Assembly (NCBI GenBank): GCA_030425205.1
Contig: JAUIAP010000016.1
Location: 55,956-119,955 of the forward strand
Direction: 5' to 3'
DNA: 64,000 nucleotides
DNA from: Anaerolineae bacterium
Lineage (GTDB): Bacteria > Chloroflexota > Anaerolineae > Promineifilales > Promineifilaceae
Positions within the stretch are counted from its first letter, which is position 1; every line of letters begins with the position of its first letter. Of the stretch, positions 36,927-47,800 are shown in pieces. The notes beneath the pieces are model-generated. The model ran no database searches. It had not been told where the DNA came from and saw only the letters and a program-made list of their open reading frames with translations. The position numbers and the translations under genes are program-made.

Positions 36927-38351
36927 ATGTCACAACTATCACGACGCGGATTCCTCAAGGGATGTTCCGCAGCTATTGCCGCCATGAGCGGCGCAACCTT
37001 TCAGGGAGCCGTTTTTGGCAACCCTGAAGACGAACCAAATCAAGACATCTTAATCACTGTTTTCCTGCGTGGGGGCGCAGATGTCCTCAACATCATTCCA
37101 CCCATCGGCGGCGATGATCGCGGGCTTTACGAGCTGGCGCGTGAAGATATTGCCATCCCAACGACAGGCGATCTGGCCGCGCTGCAACTCGGCAGCAGCG
37201 CATTTGGCTTGCACAACAGCATGGGCGCACTGCACGAACTGTATGGCGATGGCAAACTCGCCATCGTCCAAGCGACAGGCATGCACCAAGACACGCGCAG
37301 CCATTTTGAAGCGATGTCGATGATCGAACTCGGGACACCGGGTGCAAAAAGCACCGTTAGCGGCTGGATGGCACGCCATTTTGAGAGCGCAACAAATCTT
37401 CCATCCACCATTCTCATGCCCGCTCTTGCCATGGGCAGCAGCGCACCGACCGCCTTTGCAACGAGCAACGAGGTGGTCGCCATGGATACGACCGACAGCT
37501 TTAGTCTCGACGGCCATTGGCGTTGGCGCGATGCTCAGCGGGCCGCCTTGCGTCGTCTCTACGCCATGGACAGTGGGCAAATCCACAGCGCAGGCCTTCA
37601 GGCGATGAATGGGGCTGACTTGATCAATCTCAACGCGCAAGGCGGCTACACGCCAGAAGCGGGGGTCGTTTATCCAGATAACTCGTTCGGCCGACATTTG
37701 CAAACCATCGCTCAAATGGTCAAGCTGCAACTGGGGCTGCGGATGGCGACTGTCGATCTCGGCGGGTGGGACACGCACGACGGACAAGGCAGCGACGGCG
37801 GGGGCTACTTCTATGATCTGCTGGCGACGCTTTCAGCGGGCTTGTCCGCCTTCTACAACGATCTCAACGTCTCGGGGCGTGCCAACTATACAGATCGGGT
37901 GACGGTGGTGGTGATGAGCGAATTCGGCCGAAGATTGCGCCAAAACGCAGATGAGGGAACCGACCACGGCCACGGTGGTGCGATGTTTGTGTTGGGTGGG
38001 CAGGTCAACGGCGGTCTCTATGGCACATGGCCGGGCTTGGCGACCGAGAACCTCTATGACAACGCCGATCTCGCCGTCACGACCGACTATCGTCAAGTGC
38101 TCAGCGAACTGCTGATCCGTCGCCTCGAAAATCCCAATCTCGGCTATGTCTTCCCTGACTACACCGACTATTCACCGCTGGGGATTGTGCAAGGGGCGGA
38201 TATGGAGCCAGTTTATAGTTCTGTTCCCACAGCGGTTGATTTGCGGGCGGTGCAATCATCAGCAGGGGCGGCTGGCAAAGTGGCGACGGTGGCGGGGGTT
38301 GGATTGGCGGCAACGGCGGGGCTGGTTGCGTTGCGCGAGCGGGGGGCGTAA
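36927..38351 (+). CDS. DUF1501 domain protein with Tat signal peptide
   Basis: MSQLSRRGFLKGCSAAIAAMSG = twin-arginine signal; DUF1501/sulfatase-like fold blocks (..VVVMSEFGRRL..GTDHGHGG..). Confidence 0.75.
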   Translation: MSQLSRRGFLKGCSAAIAAMSGATFQGAVFGNPEDEPNQDILITVFLRGGADVLNIIPPIGGDDRGLYELAREDIAIPTTGDLAALQLGSSAFGLHNSMGALHELYGDGKLAIVQATGMHQDTRSHFEAMSMIELGTPGAKSTVSGWMARHFESATNLPSTILMPALAMGSSAPTAFATSNEVVAMDTTDSFSLDGHWRWRDAQRAALRRLYAMDSGQIHSAGLQAMNGADLINLNAQGGYTPEAGVVYPDNSFGRHLQTIAQMVKLQLGLRMATVDLGGWDTHDGQGSDGGGYFYDLLATLSAGLSAFYNDLNVSGRANYTDRVTVVVMSEFGRRLRQNADEGTDHGHGGAMFVLGGQVNGGLYGTWPGLATENLYDNADLAVTTDYRQVLSELLIRRLENPNLGYVFPDYTDYSPLGIVQGADMEPVYSSVPTAVDLRAVQSSAGAAGKVATVAGVGLAATAGLVALRERGA

Positions 38352-38404
38352 ATAAAAACGAGGCGCCAGTGGAAATTTCCCACAGGCGCCTCGTTTCTAA
38401 ACTA

Positions 38405-41400
38405 TTACGGCGATTCGACGATCACAATTTCGGAAGCAGATCGGCCGAAAACCTCTGGCGAATACATCTCTTCTGCCTTTGCTGGGGGAACAACAAACAC
38501 ACCCGGCGTTGTCGCACGTGCCACAAATTCATATTCATGGACACCCGCGTAGAGCAGCGTCGTAAACGCTTCGGCGCGTTCGTCGCGCAGGTTGACGTGG
38601 TCATACCAACGCCACCACCACCAGTAGTTTGGTTCATCCTCATCGTTGGGTGCGTCTGGGACAGCGACCGTATTTGCCAACCCCTCGTTGATGATTTCCA
38701 AGCCAGCGGGGAGTGGCGAAACCAGTGCCACGTGCGTGCGGCGGCTGTCTGCCACCATCGTCAGCTTGACGCGCACTTTCGCGCCAGCCTTGATGTGCCA
38801 GTTACCATCTTCATCTTGCGTCACGTCGGCTGGGTCATCGACCGCCTCATATTCGCGCAGCACGATGAAGCCACGATCGAGCGGATCGAGTGCCAAATCA
38901 CTCGGCGCATAGCGTAAGCCCAAGCGATAGTACAGTCGTCCGGCACCCTCTTTGCTGATGATGACGTTTTGTGCATCGGCCGAATCAGCGAGGAAGGTCA
39001 ACGGCACATCCGTCGCGTGGCGGTCTGTCGTGCGACCTTCGTAGACGTGTTCGGCCGCATACGTCTCACCTAGCCATACTCGCGCCACAAAATCGGGGGT
39101 CTGTGCCTCAAACGTCTCGAAGTAGCGATCCATCGCCAGCAGAATAAAGACGTTTTCCTGCGTGTTGTGCCAGCGTCCGCGCGTTTTGTCGGCGAGCAAG
39201 CCGTTGACCACCTTCACGATTAGGTCGCTATCGGGGTCGTTGGCGATCAGCGCATCGAGGATCACGCCATCGGTACGGCGATTGCTGTGCATGATGACAT
39301 AGGCATCATCGCTGTATTCGGTCGTGAAGGTGGCTGCATTGGCCGTTTCGACGGCACGGTTCTCGAAGTAGCGGCTGATTTCGGCCGATTCCGTTCCCTC
39401 ACTGCCAATCACCTGCCAAACCCATGCCAACGCCTCTGGGGCCAGCCCATCTGCACCGTTACGGTTGTAAAGTGCAAGTGCTTCGTCGCGGTCATTGTCG
39501 CCGCTCAAATCACGTACATACAGCGCATAGGCGCGAATCGTGTTCTTAATGTCTTCACTGTACCAGCTTGGGAAGTGGCTATCGACGTTCTCCAAATAGT
39601 TGAGCGCACGACTGAGCATATCGGCCGGCACGTCGTAGCCGTTCATCTGGGCGCGCACAAGTGCGTGGGTGACGTGTGCCGTCAGGAACGGATAGGAGGT
39701 GCGATTGCTCGACCACCAGCGGAAACCGCCGTCACTCGTTTGCAGTCGCGCAATCCCTTCGATGTCAGCCCGTACTTGCGCTTCGATCTCTGCTTGTTCG
39801 GGCATCCCGTCCGCATCAAACGCGCTCAACACGTCTTGCAACGCGGCGATGGCGAGAATGCGCGAGCCACGTGCTTCGCTGCTCTCATAGGGATAATCGA
39901 CCAAGTAGAGAACGGCATCGGTCAACGCTTGCAGCGCGGTCGACGAGGTGTCAATTTCTAAGCCGCCAAACTGTGTATACACGCCCTCTGGCACGGCAAC
40001 CGTTTGGGCAATTGCGCCCTCATCGATCACGCCATAGGTGGCGAACGCTTCCGTCGTTGCGGGCGTGTAGACGGGCAAATCGATATTGGCTGCATCCGCA
40101 TAGTCGCCAGAAACGGCGGCAAATTGGAAGCGGGCCAAGCCCGGCTGGTCGGTGGTCGTTGGGAAGCGCACCTCGATGCGGTCATTGGCGGGAACGGTGA
40201 CACGTTGGCCGTTGCCTTCTGTCAGCGCAACGTTTGTTGCCGTGACGACGACATCGACGACCATATCTTCGTCAGTCTGGTTTTGCAGAACGACGGGCAG
40301 TTCAAAGCTATCCCCAAAGTTGAGGAAGCGCGGTGCAGATGGGCGCACCATCAGCGGTAGACGGGCCGTGAGATTGCTTTCGGCCGATCCAAACAGCTTC
40401 TCGCCGCTGACAGCAACCGCCATAATCCGATAGCGTGTCAAGTTGTCAGGCAACGTCACCTCAACGCTGGCGTTGCCGTTGCCATCGGTCGTGACCGTCG
40501 GCGCAAACAACGCGAGGGCATCAAAGTTAGTGCGAACCTGAATCGGGTCTTGATTATTACCGCTTGTGGCCTCATCGGCGGCCACTTGAGTTGCCATTGG
40601 CGCAGGTGCACTGTTCAAATTAGCACCATCATCAGCACTATCAAACGCCATAGACTCTTCCATCACCTCCCCTTCAGTGGCCCCACCAACCGCACTGCGA
40701 GCAACATCTTGGACGGCGTTCCCCGCCAATTGGGTCGGGTCGACCAAGACGAGTTGGGCGCGGCTGTGCGACCCTTGCAGGTAGGTGTAGCGATTTTGAT
40801 AGATGGCGTTGAGTGGATTGACGAGCTGATAGTTTGTCAATGCCAGCACCGCTTCATCGACAACGACAAGCGCGATTTCTGAGTTGGTGACAGGATTGCC
40901 ATTGGCATCGGTCACGGTCAAATCAATCGTGGTGCTGCCGCCGGGTTCAAGCCCTGTCTCTTGCGGCTTGAGTTCGATGTCGAGCTCACGGCTGCGCGTC
41001 GAGATGGGCAGTTCGATGCTGCCGACCGCATAGGCGGGGCGAGCTGGTGCGTCGGGCAAGGGTGTGCCGTCGTCCAGCGTGCGCGGCTGTGCGCCCACAA
41101 GATCGATCTGCACGTTGATATTGGGCAAATACACCTCTTCGATAGGGATTTCGATGATGGTCGTGTCTCCTTCCATCGTGAAGCGTTCGGTTGAAACGAT
41201 GCCCTGTCGCGTCAGCGTGAGCAGCCCTTCCGCGTTTGGAATCGGTGACTGCACCAAAATTTCAGCGACATCGCCGGGTGCAAATGTCTCTTGGCTAGGA
41301 ATCAACGTGACTTGTTCTTGTTCGACGTTGCGATTCGGCCGATTGTCGCCACCACTGACCCAGCGTGTAATTTCGCTTTCATTACCACGCCCTTGCGCGT

Positions 41401-44400
41401 CGGTGATGGTCGCCGTGATGCGATATTGTCCGCCTTCTTCCGTCGTGAAGGTGCAGATGACCGCTTCAGCACCAGAGGTCACGTTGCAAGTTTGCACGTC
41501 GGCCTCTGTCTGTTGCCAGCGTCCACTGCTAAACGTCCATTCGAGCCGTGCCGCTTGCAGCGTAATCGGCGTGTTTGCAACGGCATTGCCGTCGATGTCT
41601 GTGACAATCGCCTCAATGTCGAGCGGTGTGCCTTGGCGGACAAAGTAGCGGTCGCTGCGTAAGCCCACATAAAGATCGGCGGGATGGACGAGCAGACTGG
41701 TGCTTGCACCCCAGCCTTGTCGGTTTACATCGATCACTTCGGCCGATGCTTCTACGCTATATGGTCGATTGGCTTCAAATTCGTCAAAGTCGATTCGCAA
41801 ATAGTGGTCGCCACTCGCGTCGGTGCGTCCTTCAAAGCTCTCATAGCTGCTCTCATTGCCTTCATAGTAGAAAGAATCATCATACCAGCCCCACCATGGC
41901 GTCCATTTGCCGAAGCTGAAATCGCTCCAGTTGGGTGGTGAGTAGGTGGTTGGATTGCTGTAGACGTTCCAGTAGACTTCGGCGTTGGGCAGTGCGCCGC
42001 CCGCGAAGTATTCGGCCGTAACACCCACAACCGCATGACCACCAATAAAGTGTGGCGATGGGGTCTCATTGCGTGCCGTTACCTCAAACTCTGGACGACG
42101 GAACTCTTGGATTTGGAATTGATGATAGTAGCTGCCATTTGGCATCCGAAATTCGATGTTGGCATAGCCGAGATTGACATCTTCGGGCAGATCAATGGTT
42201 AAATCGAAGCCGCCGAGAGTGGATAGTTCAACTGAACCAGTCGATAACTCATTCCCTTGTGACCCACGCACAGTATAGTTGATCGTCTGTGCGTCATCCC
42301 ACAGCGCAATGTCACCCAATGCGCCCGGTTCAACTCTGCGAACAAACCCCTTAACGCTCATTGTCTCGCCGGGACGATACATGGCGCGGTCATCAAAGAT
42401 GACCCAGCGCACCTCGCCGACATTGCGTTCGTTGTACCATTCCCCATACCCATATTCATTGGCAGGTAGCAGGGCGATGTCGTCGCCACTTTGAACGGTC
42501 AGATAGTTCACGCCGTCGGGGAAGTCAGAGATGCGAATTGTGCCATCGGCCGATGTTGTCGCCGATTGACCCTGAAACTGTACGGTCGCATCCGCTATCG
42601 ATGCGCCATCGCTCAACTGATTCGCCCAAACGATCATCTCCCCATTGCCCAATAGTGCATCCACGCCGATGTCCGTCACTTGCACCCAATGGGTGACAAC
42701 CGGGCGATAGCGATTGGTAAAGCGATCGATCAATCCTTCCGTTGGGGTAACGCGGATGATCGCGTGTCCATGCTCGCCATTGAGGGCTGCGCTCAGGTCG
42801 ATTGGTGTGACGGTTAGTTTGTCGTCTTCGCCGTCAACGCTGACGGTTTCATCAAAGACAAGTTCACCGGGTGGCGAGGGTGGATTATCGCGGTATGCAT
42901 TTTGCTGATACCTTAAGAACGCTTCCCAATCAGCGAGCGAAACCTTGTAAACCTGCACGTCAATATTTGGCACATTGATCGAATAGACGCTAATGGCTGG
43001 ATTGGGAGCGGCGGGATCGAGCGTGACAAGCGGCTTGTTCGCGCCGAAAAGGGTGGGTTCGGCCGAATCAATATCCTGCTCAAACTCATAATCGGCGCCC
43101 ATCGTCTGCCCAAAAATGTCCTGAATTTCGCCACTGAGACGAACCGTATAGGTTGAACGAGGCTGCCATGCGCCGCGAATGCTCATATAGTTGCCATAAA
43201 CACCGACAATTGCGTTCGGGATTTCTGGCTCAATCGTCACCCAATTGATGTCAAACAGTTGTGGATCGAGTGGGTTGGTAAATTCGATGCTGACTTCGCC
43301 ATAGGGGGGGCAGTTCCCGCCGTAGCCACAGCGTGTCTCGCGGACGGCCAGTGGTGGATAGGTTTGGGTTGAATAGGAAAATGTCTGGTCGCTTGTGCGT
43401 GCGCCTTCCAACGATGGCACGTTGGGGCCGATCTGGATGCTAATTGAAGTATCTGGTTGGAAGGGGTCAACGGCGCGGAATGCCACCCAACGATTATCGG
43501 GATGATTTTCTGCCAGTCCGTTGATGCGCTCATCGGCCGAAATTTCTTCCGCTGTTGCCAAGCGCAGCGCAACCTCGTTGCCACCTGCCGTCACCGTCGT
43601 CACGTCCAAAATAGCGGCCGGGTCAACGCGCTGGTCAAAGCCTGCAAAGAAGATCGGTTCCAGCGGTTGCGAACCGTCTTGTGGATAAAATGTTTGGATT
43701 TGTGGGGTCGGCGTGCGGAAAGAGAATGAAACCGTCTCTTGCAATGTCCCACCCGTTTCAGAGGTTGTTCCCGCAGGAATCTCGATTGTCACTTCGGTGG
43801 ACATCGGCAGGCGGTCGATTTGATCGGAAGCAAACTCGAAGCGTGCCGTCTGGGTTCCTAACCAAATCCACTCACCGGGCAGGTTGGGGGTCATGACCAT
43901 CGGCACATCCATTGCGGCAAGCTGATCTTGCGTCGCAATTGGCACCATCGGCTGATTAAATGTGACGGCAATAAACGGCGCAATCGTCACATCTCCCTCT
44001 GGAGCAAAACGAATCACTTCGAGATCACCGTCATTGTTGACCACTTCAACGGGTGGCGGCGCGAGTTCACCGGGGGCAGGGAACTGCTCATTGATCGTCT
44101 CACCCGTCAGTGGGGGTGGAATCAGCTGGGTTGGCAAATTAAGCTCAACTTGATCACTCGCCTCGCGCTGCAATTGGGGTAGGCGGGCGAGGATTTGGGC
44201 GATCACTTCAGATGGCAGACCTTCCCCTTGCACGACCTGATTTAGGATTGGCGCACTGTCCGCTTCGGGATTTCCCGCGCTCAGGCGCATACCAAAACGC
44301 GGCTGATTGCCTAGCTCGGCCGCCGCAAATGGATCGACCTGTAAAATCATGCCACTCTCTCCTGTTTGACTGGTTGTGTTGCCGCCATCTGGAACAGGCG

Positions 44401-44509
44401 TCGTTACGCCGTCAGGGGTCGGCGTGGGATCATCAGGCTGCTGGTCGCGGCAGTTGACAAGCGCGAACGTTAACAGCAAGAACAAGGTAATCAATAGGTT
44501 TCTTCTCAT
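38405..44509 (-). CDS. giant secreted alpha-2-macroglobulin-family protein (2034 aa), thioester motif absent
   Basis: Signal peptide MRRNLLITLFLLLTFALVNC (possible lipobox Cys) with GGAG RBS; multiple MG/Ig-like domains; A2M TED-like region ..ALQALTDAVLYLVDYPYESSEARGSRILAIAALQDV.. where canonical YPYGCxEQ thioester is YPYESSEA (no Cys/Gln); receptor-binding-like C-terminus. Confidence 0.7.
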   Translation of the reverse strand: MRRNLLITLFLLLTFALVNCRDQQPDDPTPTPDGVTTPVPDGGNTTSQTGESGMILQVDPFAAAELGNQPRFGMRLSAGNPEADSAPILNQVVQGEGLPSEVIAQILARLPQLQREASDQVELNLPTQLIPPPLTGETINEQFPAPGELAPPPVEVVNNDGDLEVIRFAPEGDVTIAPFIAVTFNQPMVPIATQDQLAAMDVPMVMTPNLPGEWIWLGTQTARFEFASDQIDRLPMSTEVTIEIPAGTTSETGGTLQETVSFSFRTPTPQIQTFYPQDGSQPLEPIFFAGFDQRVDPAAILDVTTVTAGGNEVALRLATAEEISADERINGLAENHPDNRWVAFRAVDPFQPDTSISIQIGPNVPSLEGARTSDQTFSYSTQTYPPLAVRETRCGYGGNCPPYGEVSIEFTNPLDPQLFDINWVTIEPEIPNAIVGVYGNYMSIRGAWQPRSTYTVRLSGEIQDIFGQTMGADYEFEQDIDSAEPTLFGANKPLVTLDPAAPNPAISVYSINVPNIDVQVYKVSLADWEAFLRYQQNAYRDNPPSPPGELVFDETVSVDGEDDKLTVTPIDLSAALNGEHGHAIIRVTPTEGLIDRFTNRYRPVVTHWVQVTDIGVDALLGNGEMIVWANQLSDGASIADATVQFQGQSATTSADGTIRISDFPDGVNYLTVQSGDDIALLPANEYGYGEWYNERNVGEVRWVIFDDRAMYRPGETMSVKGFVRRVEPGALGDIALWDDAQTINYTVRGSQGNELSTGSVELSTLGGFDLTIDLPEDVNLGYANIEFRMPNGSYYHQFQIQEFRRPEFEVTARNETPSPHFIGGHAVVGVTAEYFAGGALPNAEVYWNVYSNPTTYSPPNWSDFSFGKWTPWWGWYDDSFYYEGNESSYESFEGRTDASGDHYLRIDFDEFEANRPYSVEASAEVIDVNRQGWGASTSLLVHPADLYVGLRSDRYFVRQGTPLDIEAIVTDIDGNAVANTPITLQAARLEWTFSSGRWQQTEADVQTCNVTSGAEAVICTFTTEEGGQYRITATITDAQGRGNESEITRWVSGGDNRPNRNVEQEQVTLIPSQETFAPGDVAEILVQSPIPNAEGLLTLTRQGIVSTERFTMEGDTTIIEIPIEEVYLPNINVQIDLVGAQPRTLDDGTPLPDAPARPAYAVGSIELPISTRSRELDIELKPQETGLEPGGSTTIDLTVTDANGNPVTNSEIALVVVDEAVLALTNYQLVNPLNAIYQNRYTYLQGSHSRAQLVLVDPTQLAGNAVQDVARSAVGGATEGEVMEESMAFDSADDGANLNSAPAPMATQVAADEATSGNNQDPIQVRTNFDALALFAPTVTTDGNGNASVEVTLPDNLTRYRIMAVAVSGEKLFGSAESNLTARLPLMVRPSAPRFLNFGDSFELPVVLQNQTDEDMVVDVVVTATNVALTEGNGQRVTVPANDRIEVRFPTTTDQPGLARFQFAAVSGDYADAANIDLPVYTPATTEAFATYGVIDEGAIAQTVAVPEGVYTQFGGLEIDTSSTALQALTDAVLYLVDYPYESSEARGSRILAIAALQDVLSAFDADGMPEQAEIEAQVRADIEGIARLQTSDGGFRWWSSNRTSYPFLTAHVTHALVRAQMNGYDVPADMLSRALNYLENVDSHFPSWYSEDIKNTIRAYALYVRDLSGDNDRDEALALYNRNGADGLAPEALAWVWQVIGSEGTESAEISRYFENRAVETANAATFTTEYSDDAYVIMHSNRRTDGVILDALIANDPDSDLIVKVVNGLLADKTRGRWHNTQENVFILLAMDRYFETFEAQTPDFVARVWLGETYAAEHVYEGRTTDRHATDVPLTFLADSADAQNVIISKEGAGRLYYRLGLRYAPSDLALDPLDRGFIVLREYEAVDDPADVTQDEDGNWHIKAGAKVRVKLTMVADSRRTHVALVSPLPAGLEIINEGLANTVAVPDAPNDEDEPNYWWWWRWYDHVNLRDERAEAFTTLLYAGVHEYEFVARATTPGVFVVPPAKAEEMYSPEVFGRSASEIVIVESP

Positions 44510-44888
44510 TTCGTCTCCGTTAGTATGAATGGACATTCGTCCACTCAACATTTGATAATTATACAGGCGCGACGATCAAAATAAGACCGCCGCGCCACCC
44601 TGAAGGGTCTGGCTTTAGATATAACGGAGGCGGCGTGCGATTTGTTCCACAATTGATGGGATTGGTTTTGGCGCGTTTGGCATCATGCGGTGCAGTCGAC
44701 CTGTGTCTTACCCATTTGCCCTTGATCTGTGGATAAGGTGTGGATTTTTTGTGAGTAAGCTGTTGAAGGCGACTCATAATTCATTAAGGTTTTACTTTGG
44801 TGCGTGTGGTGCAAACAAAATGGGCGCGTCTCCGTTGCGGAAACGCGCCCATTCGTCATTTAATCATGCCCCAACTCAGGACGTTCGA

Positions 44889-47800
44889 TTATTCTGGCAA
44901 TAGTCCAATCCAATAGTCGTTGCCACCCCAATAGTAGCTGCCCGACCAGTAGTAGCTGCCGTTCCAGTAGTAGCTGGCCAAGTCAAAGAGGCTGTTACCC
45001 GCCCAGTAGTAACTGCCACCCCAATAGTAGGTGCCACTCCAATAGTACGTCCCGCTCCAGTAGTAACTGCCTGACCAGTAGTAGGTTCCGCTCCAGTAGT
45101 AGGTTCCAGCCCAATAGTAGGTTCCGTTCCAGAGATAGCCGTCAGAATCGGCCGATAATGCACTCTCCGCCGTCACATGCACGATGGGTTCAATTCCGGC
45201 ATCTAGCACAACATTTGTACAGCGATACTGATTGCCTTCCTGATGTTTGGCAACGACCCACCTGTGATTGCGATAGGTTTGACGCGATACTGTCTGACCG
45301 GGATGAATCGTCGCTTTTAATTGCGGACTGCCACTATAGCTGAGCCAGAACAAATACATCGTTTCGTTGCTTGAATTCTCCACCGTCAGCGTTGTGGAAT
45401 TGAGACCGTCTAACGACGAGCGAATGTCGCTCAACTCTTCACAGCGGGGATCACGCCCATGGACACGATAGCCGCCTGCATCCTCGTCGTAGTAGGCAGG
45501 TCCCACATAACGACCACCAGCGTGCATGTTTTGCGAAACATTGCCGCTATAGCTTCCATAAATCGCATCATACGGCTTCAAACGCCCTGCACCTTGCTGG
45601 AAGATGCTAAACGTCGTCTGTTGACCCGAAGAGTCACGCACGAGCGGTTGTGCCGATGCTTGCAGGCGGAACTTCACCTGATCAGGCGTCAACTCTGGAT
45701 TTTCTTGCAACATGAGGGCGACCACGCCAGATGTAACGGCGGTGGCGGCCGATGTGCCAGACCCTAAATAGTAGCCGCTATTCGTTTTCCGCACGCGTCG
45801 GTTGTTGGCATAACGACTGTTTGATTGCTGTGGTTGGGCGATGTGTGCGCCGGGTGCAACGATGTCGGGTTTAACAAAACCCATCTCGGTTGGTCCGGCC
45901 GCGCTAAATGGCGGAATATAGTCATCACTCGCATAGCCCGGCGTATACGCATCGGTGTAGGCACCGACCGTCACGACCATTGGGTCGTTGCCCGGTGTCG
46001 TGATCGAACCCGCGTATGGGCCCGTGTTGCCCGCCGCAACAATCACGACAACACCAGCATCCCACAGCAGTTCAACCGCCGTGTTAATTGGATTCTCCCA
46101 ATACGGCCCCGTCACAGGCCCCATCAGTGACAAGTTGACGACGCGGATATTCAACGCTTCATGGTGATCGTAGATGACCTCAAGACCACGTAGTACGTCT
46201 GCGTAGGTCGATTTTCCATCAGGGTCTAGCACGCGGATATCGTAGATGTTTGCGTCTGGTGCAACGCTGACAAAACGTCCTCTATGCCTATCGTTGCCGG
46301 CAATGATGCTGGCCATAAATGAGCCATGTCCATTTTCGTCGATGTCGGTATCGGGTAGTGCATTGTAGCGCATCACTACATTATTTTTTAGAACGGCTGG
46401 ATTGATTCCCGTATCCACAACGGCAACGCCAATGCCTGCACCACTAAGGCCTGCCTGATGGAGAGCGGGAATGCCGATTTCATCTAAATAGTCAGTTGGA
46501 GAGACCTCGGACGCTGTCGTCTTTTGTGTTTCATAAGGGGCAAGATAGCTGCCGGAGATGACTTCACGACGACCGTTGGGGATTTGCCACGCGACAGAGA
46601 GATGGTCGGCTCCCGTATGTTCTTTTTGAATCGCCTCAATATAGTAACGTTGCCCAGCTTCGAGATAAATTTTGCGCGACTTCTGTGATGCAAGCCAATT
46701 CCATTCGTGATAGTAGGTCCACTCGGTCACTGAGGCGATTTGTTGCGCTTCGTCGGGTCGCTCTGTTGCGCTGAGATAGAGGCGTGCATAGTTGTTGCCA
46801 GCCAACCAGAAGGTATATTCGCCCGTCACGGGTGGGTATAGATAGCCGCGTACGCGAGTCCCATAATGATCATCCATGTTGACGGGGGTTTCAAATTCGT
46901 TGATGTGACTCGTTCCCGTTGGATTGTTTGGATAGTTAGGATGGTTTAGTAGTGCGTTCAGGCTATCGCCGTTGACGTTGAGCCAGTATTCGCGCAGGAT
47001 TGTCCCACGACTATCATCAGGGCGAGAGCGGAAGAGAACTTCGTCTTGAATCGGCCGTTTTGAGAAGTTCGCGCTTTGATATGAGACGACGAGTCTATCG
47101 ACATAGCCATAGCCACCAAAATACTCGACTGTAATTGGATGATACCCTTGCTTGAGGAAGATGGTGCCGCTGCGTTCGCGTAGACCATGCAGGCCGTCAT
47201 TATCGACGACGAGTTGCCCATTGATGTGTACTTGGCTGCCGCCATTTGATTCGCTATAAAATGTGTAGGTTTCATCACGGTCAATGTAAATAAAACCGGT
47301 GTAACGGAAACCAAAGTAATCAATGCGTCCACGCACAGATAGATCGATGTTGTCGACCGTACCATGAAATGTCGGTACTAGATTTTCAAAATTAGGCAAA
47401 CGCGACCACCAGCCTTGATAGTACTGATAGAAAAGACCGTTGTCGCTGCCGCGCGCTGTGCCACCGTTCTGCTGGTTGAGCGTAATGTTGTCGAGATAGA
47501 AGGTCGGTTGGGGAGATTCGGTCAAACTTTGCCAAATGATGCCGTGAATGGGTGTATCGGCCGAAATAATCTCATCAAGCGCAATTTCATACTGCATCCA
47601 CGCGCCCTTTTCGGCCGTGACGGTCGTCTGCGACTTGCCCCAGTCGATTCCATCGGCCGTCACTAGCTGCAACCAGAGCGTTTGCCCGCCGGATTCGCCA
47701 CCATGCAACCAAAAACTCAGCGTGTCAACTTCATCGACCGTGAATGGCTTGTTCGTTTTGAGATAGAACGCCGAATGTGCCGCATCAAGTGAGACGGCAA

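Noticed and set aside
39287-41648. Several 100-220 aa ORFs on the + strand (39287..39961, 39676..40200, 41064..41648 etc.) inside the A2M gene
   Set aside because: Fully embedded antisense or alternate-frame ORFs within a 6.1 kb gene with strong coding signal; high GC produces long spurious ORFs; no RBS or motifs.
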